A stretch of 64,000 bases of DNA from a virus. The translations under genes and the position numbers were made by a program. The notes beneath the pieces were generated by a model. The model was not told where the DNA came from, did not search any database, and worked only from the letters and a program-made list of their open reading frames with translations. The stretch covers positions 19,392 through 83,391 of the IMG/VR virus record IMGVR_UViG_3300009182_000043, one strand, 5' to 3'. Below are positions 40,701-52,700 of this stretch, piece by piece (within the stretch, counting starts at the first letter, position 1; each line of letters starts with the position of its first letter).

Positions 40701-43700
40701 CAATCAGATTATACACCTTATATGTCAGGTGCAACAATGTTAGACGATGCTTTACAACAAATTGCATCTTACAAGCAAGAATCTGAAAGCTTCTTTTGGT
40801 CAGATATGCTTCCGGCAAGAGCACCCTACATTTCAAAGAATTATGTTTTTAATACATTTATTGACACCAGTTTCTTCCCATTAAGCAGAATATATGATTT
40901 TGACAACGCAAATTATTATTCAGTGTTGGTATATTTAAATTATGTAGAGAATGGAATTACAACCTCAGAACAATTGGTAAGAGGGCGTGATTATATTGTA
41001 AGTAAAACAGAACCTAAATTACAAATTACAAAAGATTTATTGCCTGGACAATCAATAACTGTCAACGAATACAATAATACATATGGTAGTTATGTACCAA
41101 ACACACCCAGTAAATTAGGATTGTATCCCGCAGTTGAACCGGGCATTGTGTTAGACAATACTTATTTGATACCTACATATTTTATTAGAGGACATGACGG
41201 GTCTCTTACTAAGTTATACGGTGACTATCAATATAGTGTACTAAAAGATTTTAAAGATAAGGTTTTATTAGAGTTCGAAACACGCATCTATAATAATATT
41301 AAAGTAAGTGCTAGTATACCTATAAAAGAAGAAGATATTATTCCTGGATACTTTAGAAACACTGGCAATTCATTAGAAGAAATTCAAAAAATATATACAG
41401 GTAATTTCTTGGATTGGGTTGGAAAAAACAACATTGATTACGCTAATCAATTTTATTCACCTAGCGAAAAATTTACTTGGAACTACGCCGGCGGTGTTGA
41501 TAAATTTGGTAAAAGAGTTATTCAAGGATTTTGGAGAGGTATATACCTGTGGTATTTTGATACTACTACCCCGCATTCTACACCATGGGAAATGTTAGGA
41601 TTAGTTAATAAACCTACATGGTGGGACGGTAAATATGGTGCGGCACCGTACACAAGCGAAAATAAAGTTCTTTGGACAGATATTGAAGCAGGAAAAATCA
41701 ACGGAACTGTAAACCCTGCAAGAGCAAGACCAAGATTATCAAAAATATTACCGGTTGATAGCTATGGTAATTTAAAAAATCCATTTACTTCTGTTGTAAA
41801 CGAATATACTGATGCTGTATTTGATAAAGATTGGCAAGTAGGAGATATGGGTCCGGCTGAGTACAGTTACAGAAAGAGTAGCAATTACCCATTTGATTTA
41901 ATTAAAATTCTTGCACTAATGAAGCCTGCTAAGTTTTTTGCTTTAGCACAAGATTTAGATTTATATGCGTTTAGTTCAGAATTCAATCAATATATGCTAG
42001 ACGGATTTCAACATGATAATAAAATTCCGTTACTATATGGAAGTGGCACGGCTCAACACAGTTACATGAATTGGATAGTTGATTATGTACAAAATACAGG
42101 TCATGTAGGATACGATAAAGTTAGTTCATTGTTGAATAATCTAGATGTTAGACTTACATATAGAGTCGCTGGATTTACGGACAAAGAATATTTGAATTTC
42201 TATCTTGAAAAATCAAGTACCAATTCAAATAATGCTTCATTGTTGTTGCCTAACGAAAGTTATAATGTTCTACTGTATCAAAATCAAGTCACTAATATAA
42301 TTAGATTTAGCAGTATTATAATACAAAAAACTGCTGCCGGCTATAAAGTTTCTGGTAATAGTCAAACACGTGCATATTTTATAACGTATGTTAGTAAAAA
42401 CACCGGTAATACTAGCTATGAAGAAATAACAGTAAATGGTATAACTGTAAATATACCAATTTTATATGAAAAAACTATAACGTATGTACCTTATGGTATT
42501 GAGTTTACTAGTCCACAAGAATTATCTGAATTTATAGTTAATTATGGTAGATATTTAACAGACCAAGGACTTATTTTTGAAAATCAAGAAAATGGTTTTA
42601 TTTTAAATTGGAATCAAATCGTAGCAGAAGTCTTATACTGGGTGAGTGCAGGATGGGAAAACGGCAGTTTAATAAATGTCAACCCATCAGCTAACAGATT
42701 AGTAATTGATAAAGAAAATTTAATTGTACAACCACTTACATTGCATAATCAAAACTATGCACTAAATCAAAACTTATTTGCAATTAATATAAGTGACTTG
42801 GGAATTACTAGAGATGGTACAAGATTCGAAATCAAACCATTAAATGACGGTGATACTATTGCATACTTCACTGCACAAATGAGTTCGTTAGAACACATCG
42901 TTGTATTTGATAACAAATCTTTGTTCAATGATACTATCTTTAATTCACAGACTGGCTTACGTCAAAATAGATTGTTCCTTAGAGGTCTAAAGAGCGCAGA
43001 ATGGAATGGTACAATGAATGCTCAGGGTTTTATATTAAATCAAGACAACATTGAGGCTTGGACATCAAATATAAAATATACTAAAGGTTCAATTGTTACG
43101 TACCAAAACAAATATTGGATGGCTAATAAAGTTATACCCCCTTCACTAACATTTAATGTGAATGATTGGATAGAAACTAATTACGCACACATTCAAAAAG
43201 GATTATTACCTAATGCAAGTACACGTGCAGCCGAAAGTGTTTTGTATTATGATATTAACAATGCTAATTTAAAAAATGACGGAGACGTATTAGGATTTTC
43301 GTTAATTGGATACAGACCGCGTGATTATCTTGCGGCTAGTGATTTATCAGATATTTCACAAGTAAATTTATTTAAAACAATGATATCTGAAAAAGGAACA
43401 AAGAATATCATTGATGCTGTTCAAAATATTAAGTTAGATATTGGTCCTATCACATATGATGTTTATGAAAACTGGGCTATAAAAACTTCTGAGTATGGCG
43501 GTGTTGCAAATAAAAACTTTATAGAAATTGTTTTAGATAAAAAGTTATTGACCGGAAATCCCAATATTATTGGAATTGTCAAAGATGTTCCAGAAACATA
43601 TTTAATGCAAACAATACCGTTATCTATGCCCAATGGTAATTTTAGTAATTTTGGTGTTCCGATAACCAGTACTAATATTTTACCAATAAAAACAGGAGAT

Positions 43701-46700
43701 AATTTAGAGTTACTGCCAACTGCTGGGTATGTTAATTTTAATGATATTAAAATACATAGTTTCCTTTATGAAACACTAAACAACAACGCAGTAAGTATTA
43801 AGGACCTATATCAAGGTGATTATATATGGTTAGCTGACGAACTTAGCACTTGGACAGTACTAACTCCAGTACCAATGGGGACTATTAATAATGTTCTAAG
43901 AGTTGTTAATGTAATTAATAATTTGAATGGAACTTGTTCTATTGTTTTTGATAATTTTCATAATTTACCAATTTATGCTACATTTATGATTATCAATTAT
44001 GATGCTAGTGTTAATGGATTTTATAGAGTTAACAAAGTAATTGATTCAAACACGGTGCAAGTTGATTTGTCATTACCTGCTAGTACTAGTGCCATCACAG
44101 CTACTGGTATATGTGCAAAATTTCAAAAACAACGAATCGCTAGTACAAAATATATTTCTGATTTAAAATTAATAAATGATGGTGTAGGTAATCAAAAAAT
44201 TTGGGTTGATGGTGACAGTAATTCTAATTGGACAGTTATACAAAAAACAATAAATTATAAGTTTATTGATACGGTAAAATTAGGTTCAACTCAACGTTTT
44301 GGAGAGTCTATTGCATATGATGATGATGCAGGAGTATTTGTGGGTGATCCGTCTTTAGGAACTGTTTACAGATATGCACCGTTAAATCAATTAAACACCG
44401 TTAGTTCATACGAATTAAAAGAAACTATCAACCTTGGTTCAAATTATGGAACTGCAATAGCAAAGAGTAACGATATATTAGTAGTAACTGCACCTAGTGA
44501 CGCCTCTAGTAAAATTTACATTTACGCATTGCACAAAAGCAACCATACTGCAATAAAATTGAATCAAACAATTACTATTTCAGGTAAAAAAGTTGGAGAG
44601 ACAGTAGCTTTATCTGGTGATAAAAATTGGTTGTTTTTTAGTTCTATAAATGAATCTACTGTATATGTTTATCGATTAGATGAAAAATTAACTCGAACCT
44701 TGACAGGATATTCTACTGCATATACTATAAAAGCAGGTGATACTAAGTTTACCGTCTCCGGAGACCAATCAGATTCTTTGGGTCACGGTGATAAGGTTTG
44801 CTTTTCATCAACGGGAATTTTTTATACCATTGAAGTTGCTACATACAATTCAGCTTTAAATTTAACAACATTTTTCTTAAATGGATCATTTAAAACAGAC
44901 ATTGATTTAGCCACACCAATATATAAGGCTACATATATCTATTCAAGCATATCATCTTTAAGTATAGCTAATGTTATACCTGCTTGGTCAAGTTTAAAAA
45001 CATATTCACCAAATGATATTGTTTATTATAATGGATTTACCTACATTGGTATCTCTCAATCAAACAGTAATAAAAATCCAAGCACACAAACAAGTGATTG
45101 GAAATTAAGTAATACTGATTTTGGAAGAACAATCTCAAGTAACTATGATGGTACTAAAATATTCATCGGAGCCCCAACTTTCGACTTTACAACCAATCTT
45201 TATAATATGGGTAAAGTTTACGTATACAATCGCATAGTTCAACAAGCTCAAATTGATACTAACACACTTACTTGGACTGATAGAACTGCGCCATTGGCTT
45301 GGACTCCTGTTAACCCAATCAGAATATATAGAAATGGGGTTTATTTAGAACCAAATACAGACTATACCGCATCAACTAATACAGTTACTTTTAAATATAC
45401 TTTAAATATAGCCGCCGGCGACATAATTACAGTAAGTTCTGGTGATTTTGTGTACACTCAAGAACTAATTCCATACGACTATTCAACTAGTATTCGTTCA
45501 GGAATATTGTTTGGTAATGGCTTAGACACTAATAAATTTGGTACTGAAGTTTTAGTTGGCTCTCCTATAGACATTTCATCAGACAATATTGAGGGTGCAG
45601 TATATAGATATACACATGAGGGCAAGAGTTATGGCACACTAACTGGCACTAGACCGGTAACTTTGTCATCTCCTGCTACTATATTGATTAATGGAATAGC
45701 TATTAATTTACCGGGCACGGGTATTAATGATATTATCAATACTATACAAAATGTTTATTCTGGTAGATTATATAACATTGGTGCAGAAAAGTTACCTAAC
45801 AATTGTTTAAAACTTTATTTAAAGTTTTCTGTTACTAGTAGATTAAATGAAAAACTTGAAATAACTGTATTTGATAAATCAGTTATTGATAGTCTAGGTT
45901 TTTCCGAGTATACTAAAACTCAAGTAATTCGTGAAGTGCATGGCGTCACAGATCCTTGTCACTTTGGTTACACAATTAAATTTAACGAATACAATTCATT
46001 TGCTGTAAGTGCAACTAAATCAAGTAAATTTTTACCTACAACATTTGACTTTGTTGATGACGGTAACGCCAACAATGATACATACTTTGATAATAACTTT
46101 ACAAGATGGGTAGATTTTTATGCAGGTGTAGGAGCAGTTTATATCTATGATTACATACCTGAAAATAATGAAAATTTAAATAATCTAGGTAAGTATGTGT
46201 TCTCACAATCATGTAATGATTTGACAACCAATAAAGGAAAAAATACTAATTATGGAAAACGTTTAGTTTTTACTAACTATAATTTGGTTATAGGTATTCC
46301 TGATTATTTTGAATCATCTTTCCCTAGTTTGGGACGAATCACTGTTTATAGAAACTTGTCAAAGACCCCTAACTGGAGCCCTTACAGAAAACCGGTAGAC
46401 TATGTTGATATTGATAAAATTACCGGAGTGCAATTATATAACAATGTAACCAATGAAAGATTAGTATCATTAGATTATATAGATCCACAACAAGGAAAAT
46501 TACTAGGAGTTGTTACCACTAACCTAGATTATATTGGTAATATTGATCCCGCAGGATATAATGTTAGCAACAGAAATAATAAACAAGTTTGGGCATCTGA
46601 TTATATTGGTAAATTGTGGTTTAATACATCTACGGCAAAATTTAATAGCTATCATCAAGATGACATATTGTATAATAGTTCACATTGGGGCACTGTTTTC

Positions 46701-49700
46701 CCCGAGAGTACAGTCACGGTATATTCTTGGATTGAAAGTAATATCACCCCTGTAAATTATGTAGGTAACGGAAGACCTTATAATATAGAATTATACTCTA
46801 CTACAGTTGAAGTTGATAACACAGGATCACTTGTATTAAAATACTATTTTTGGGTTCGTAACACTAATATTGTTTTTACAAATAAAGGAAAAACACTGGC
46901 TGATACAAACTTAGAATTGTATATTGCTAATCCTATAACTTCAGGAATACCTTTCTTTGCCGCATATAAGCCAAATGTATTTGGATTATACAATGCAGGA
47001 GAATTTATAAATGATGTTACTACTAGTTTATATATTGGATTTAGTACAAGCAATAATGATACCCCTGCGTATAATGAGTTTAAGTTAATTCGTGCAGGGT
47101 ATGAAGATGATTTTATTTCTGGGTTGCCGTCAATTTATGCACAAAATACTAAACCTGAAGCTTTGTATGAAAAATTGTTAGATAGCTTTGCAGGTTTAGA
47201 TAGTCAAGGTAATGTAATCCCTGACATCAATCTACCTAAATTAATGCAAACAGGTGTAGCATATAGACCAAGACAAAGCTTGTTTAAGAATAGATTAAAA
47301 GCGTTAAAAAATTACTTTGGATATGCCAACAATGTTTTAAAACAACATCCAATTGCAGAATTCAGAACTCCAAGTTTATTGGGTTCAAGCAATACTTCTA
47401 GTAGCACAGTAAGAGTTCCCACATTGTTTACAATTTTAGGGTCTGATTTTGATACAACAAAATATTGGGAATATGTTTACTGGTGGGCTGAAGGATATAG
47501 TGTTAATACTAAAATTGACGTTGAAGTTCCTAAGTATTATGGACTAGCAACATTAACTCCTTATACAGGAATGATTGCTGGCGTCACATCTAATGGTGAG
47601 GGCAAGCGTGAAGTATACGCACATGACGGCACAACATGGAATAGAGTTGGTTTAGAACAGGGCACTATTCAATTACTTGATTCATTATGGGATTACGAAA
47701 AAAATAAAATAGGATTTGACAACAATTTCTTTGATTTGAATGCGTTTGACGCTTATCCTTCAATGGAAACTCGCTATATTGTACGTGCTTTAAATGAAGA
47801 AGTATACACCGAAACATTACGTGTACATCGCAATAAAAGTTTGATTTTAATGTTTGAATACATTGTAGGGGAAAACACTACATCTCAAAATAATTTAACA
47901 TGGTTAAATAAAACTTCATTAGTTGATGTACATCATACTTTACGTGAATTAGCACAAGATAAAAATTATAAACGTGACAATCAAACTTTCTTAGATGGGT
48001 ATATTAATGAAGTAAAACCGTATCGTGTTGTCATTAAAGAATTTTTATTAAAATACAATGCGTTAGATTCTTATACAGGTCAAATAACTGACTTTGATTT
48101 ACCGGGAAGATACGACAATAAAACTATTAAATTTATTACACCTAATTTAGTTTTTGATGCAGTAAGAGATAACGGGCAGTTCTTACCTAATGATTCTATT
48201 TGGACTGATAGTACTTATTCTGACTGGTACAACAATTACGGATTATCACTTACTGGTAAAAAGAATTACCCTATAACTACCCTAGCCGCATATGTAGATT
48301 TGGTATCTGATGAAATACATTTAACCGACGCTTATGGTTTTCCTGTAATTGGTAGAATTAAAATAGACAATGAATTCATCGACTATTCAATAGTTGATAG
48401 AAAAAATGGAAAGTTGATGAATTTAACTAGAGGAGTAAATGGAAGTAAAATAGCAACTCATAATCCACCTACTACTGTCTACATAGATTTACCAGGAGTT
48501 GTGCTGTTAGATACTGGTAGAAATTATATTGACCCTCCAACAATCAGCGCAATAGTTGATACTTCTATATATCCTGCACCAACTAGACCGGCATTGCTTG
48601 AACCAGTGATGAGTAATGGAAAATTAATTGATATTATTGTACTTGATCCAGGAGCTGGCTATACAAATAAACCAGAAATTTTAATTCAACCTTCAATTAC
48701 CGTGTTCTTTGATAGTAACAATATTAATTATCAAGAGCATACAATACAGATTTCTAAAATACCATTAGTCACCGGAGATGTAGTTAAGTACACAATGGGA
48801 CCAAATACAAATGGTATTTCAGGATTAGAAAACAAAAAATATTACTACGTCCGCGTAATTAATTCAGATTTATTGTTCCGCAAAAATTCTGTAATTGCTT
48901 TGTATAAAACTAAACAAGATGCATTAGTTGATAACCATAGAGTAGTATTGGTGTCAAACTATTCAACCATTAAAAATAAATTAGAAGTAACTGCACGTGC
49001 AGTGCCTATAATTTCAAATACTCCTACAAGAGAAATAACTACTACAATAAAATTTGATAGAACTAGTTATAGAACCAAAGTAGAACCTTGGATTTCTGGT
49101 GAGTTTTATGGTAGTATTGTTACAGCTACAGGTGCTGAAAGCAGTTTAGGAACATTATTAGATTATGCAATACCTTACCCAGGACTTATTGCAAATAGTG
49201 ACACCAAAGGTGCAGTATTTACCGTCTTTAATATATTATTAAATTATACATATGATGTTCAAATTACATCCACTGGTACTTTATACAGTGTAGGTAACAC
49301 ACTTACAATCAAAGGAAATAATTTGGGAGGAACTACTCCACTAAATGATTGCGTATTGACAGTAACTCAAGTTAGTGGTATAGGTGAAATACAAAAAGTA
49401 ACAATAACAGGAACACCGGCAACTGTTACACGAATTAGCAAACAAGAGGCTGTGCTACCAATTACTAATATAACCTTAACCAACACAACCACAGCAATTG
49501 CAAGTAGTGGATCTTTAGTAGGAAACACGTTTATTGCAGGCGGAACTTTGACCAATACTTTTGTCAAGGGAATGACACTATCCGGCGGTACTATACCTGC
49601 AAATACTGTTTATATTACTGATGTAGTAGTGAATACTCTTAATGTTACGTGTTCTGGTGCAAAAACTGTTCAGTATATTGATGGTATACTTCCGCAAGTG

Positions 49701-52700
49701 GGAATGGTTGTTACAGGTGATACGGTTCCAGAAAATACTAGAGTTACAAAAGTATTAGGCAAAACAATTACTCTGTCAGCTAACGTACCTGCTAATAAAA
49801 AATTAAAGATTGTTGCTAAATTCTACAAAGTTAACACAACATCTGCATCACCGAAGACATCAATAGCAATTACCGGAACTATTGGAAATGCAGTAGTTAG
49901 CCTTAATTATGGTAAAACTAATTTAAGTCCTGGACAAATCAAAGGTCTTGAATTATATTTTTACAAACTTAAAACACCATATACTTATGTTGATTCACGA
50001 AGTGGCGGAGCAACAATAAAAATATACTCACCTAATTTTTCTGTGCAACAATTAGAAAACAAATATTTTATTGAAATAGTTGATTCTGGTACAAGATATT
50101 CTTCAGGTGATGTTCTTACAATCAAAGGAAGTTTGTTGGGTGGATTAGACACAGTTAACAACCTACAAATTAAAGTAATTTACACAATCTTGGGTGGTAT
50201 ATCTTTATATGAGTTAGTTGGAATTTCTAGTAAATCTTTTAACAAATTCTATGTAAAACCTTTAACTAGTACTAACATAGCATTGTACTATGATGCACCA
50301 CTGCAAAATCCAGTATTGTCTTATGATTTTATACTGTTTACTACTAACGATTATGCGTTTATTCCCGAACCAATTTATATAACTTCGGGACATACTCGCA
50401 ATATATATAGCCTAGTAACCTTTAACAACGTTTTATATCGTTGTGTTGCTAGTAATAATGACACTACGTTTGATTTTAATAAATGGGAAATAGTTAAAAG
50501 TGATGACCCTGTATTAAACGCATTAGACCGAACTATGGGGTATTATGCTCCTACAGAAAATATGTTGGGTAAAAATTTACCTATGTTAATTTCAGGTATT
50601 GACTATCCAAATAATACATATTTTGGTCAATCTTTTGATGATAACACTAACGTGCTTGATACTGTACTTAAGGATCAAATTTTTTATCCAAGAAACATAT
50701 CTCTAAGAGGTGTTACTTTTGGTAGTAACGGGGTATTTGTTGCATGTGGCGAAACTAATGACTATTCTATTATTCTTATTAGCTATGATAATGGTGAAAA
50801 TTGGTCACTTAATAAAATCAGTAAGACCAAATTAGAAGTACAAGATATTGTTCATCATGATGGTCGGTATGTAGTCGTAACACAAACACCAACTTCACCT
50901 ATAGTAATTAGTAATAACCTAGTGTCTTGGATCTCAGCCGGTGATTTTACACCATACGACTCATCTAATTTTGATATTACTCCGTTTGATAGTACTTCAA
51001 TTTTTGCACCAAAAGATAAACTTAACAGTGTATCATATCACAACAATTTGTATTTTTCTGCTGGAAACGAAGTGATAACAAGTCTTGATAGTTATTCTTG
51101 GAAATCAACATTTAATTTAAAGAGTAAACTACCTCAAGAATTCAAAAGAATATCATACGTTTCGTCTCTGGGTTTTGATGGTTATTTAGCTGTTGGTTAC
51201 GGTACAATTACTGCGGTTGAAAATACTATGACTACACTTCAATCAACCTCACGTGTTTTTAGAAGTTTAGATGGATATACTTGGGAAGAAGTTTTACCTA
51301 GAGTAACTACAAGTAGTTTAAATGTATTGATATCCTCAGGTAGTATTATTATAGTAGCCGGTGATGATTGTAATGTCTTTACTTCAAGCAACACTTACCA
51401 TTGGGTGCAGGCAACTATTAGTGATAGTAACACCGATAACTTATTAAATGGTACATTTGCAAACAACACATTTGTAATAGTTGGTGAAAATGGTAGAATC
51501 TTAATAAGTTATGATGGTGTTAATTGGGATGGTATGATATCTAATACCAATCAGAGATTAACTAGTGTTAGTTATAATGGGACTCATTGGATTGTCGTAG
51601 GAGACAATGCTACTATTTTAAGAAGTGTTGATACTTTTGTTTGGGAGAACGTTTCTCTTATTAAATCAGACCAAGATTTTTACGAAATTAAGGGCGATTC
51701 GTTCATGTCTGGATATGGTCCGGAAGAATTAATTCCTGGTGCAATAACAGACACGTTAACTATGACAGTTATTACACGTCCCGGAAGTACTTGGTCTGCT
51801 GCCGACTTTGGATATACTGGTTTTACTGTAAAATCATTTACACATAAATTGACAGAAGAAAATATATACTTTTCAACTATCACAGAAAACCCAGCACAAT
51901 TATCAGTATTTTTAATGGATAAGTCTAATAGTTCTGGAATTAAAGTATATCCAAATATAACTACAACCCTAACAAATCAGTACACATATACTATTGATTG
52001 GGTACAACAAACAATTGCGTTAAGTGCATATGATGTTGATATGCTAAATGATGATACTAAATATTTGCATATTGAAGTTTACGAGTTTGGTAACGGTAAC
52101 CAAGAAATAAGAAGTAACTCACAAAATATGCCAATGCGTATAGATCCAATTTCTAAACATACTGAAATTTGGCTTGGTTATGCATATGACGAAGGAACAT
52201 ATAACAACCCTGTTGTTTATCACAACGGTGAAAAGTTGGTGTATTTGACTGATTATGTTGTTTCAACTACCACTACAAAAGAAGCTAAACTATTATTTTC
52301 AACTGCATATCATCCAAGCAATGATTATTTAAGTTTTGTAGTAATGGGTCCTGCAATATCAGAGGTTGAGGGTAATGTTGCACACAGTATTCCGGAAACA
52401 CAAGTTTTTGTATATCCTGATGATTTTGCTTCACCATTTACAGTAACATTATTAAACTATGTAGAATCAACTAGCAATGGTTATTCTATAATTGTAGATT
52501 TTAACGGACTAAGATTATCTCCTAGTTCTGATTATATATTAACACTTGATCCAACATCATTAATAGGTACAGTTACTCTTACTGGAATTCAACCAACCAC
52601 AGGAGATATATTAAGTGTAACATCATTTAATGATACTCGACACCAATATTTATTGACTGAGGTTGTAAATACATTAAAAGTAAATCCTATATTCTATGTT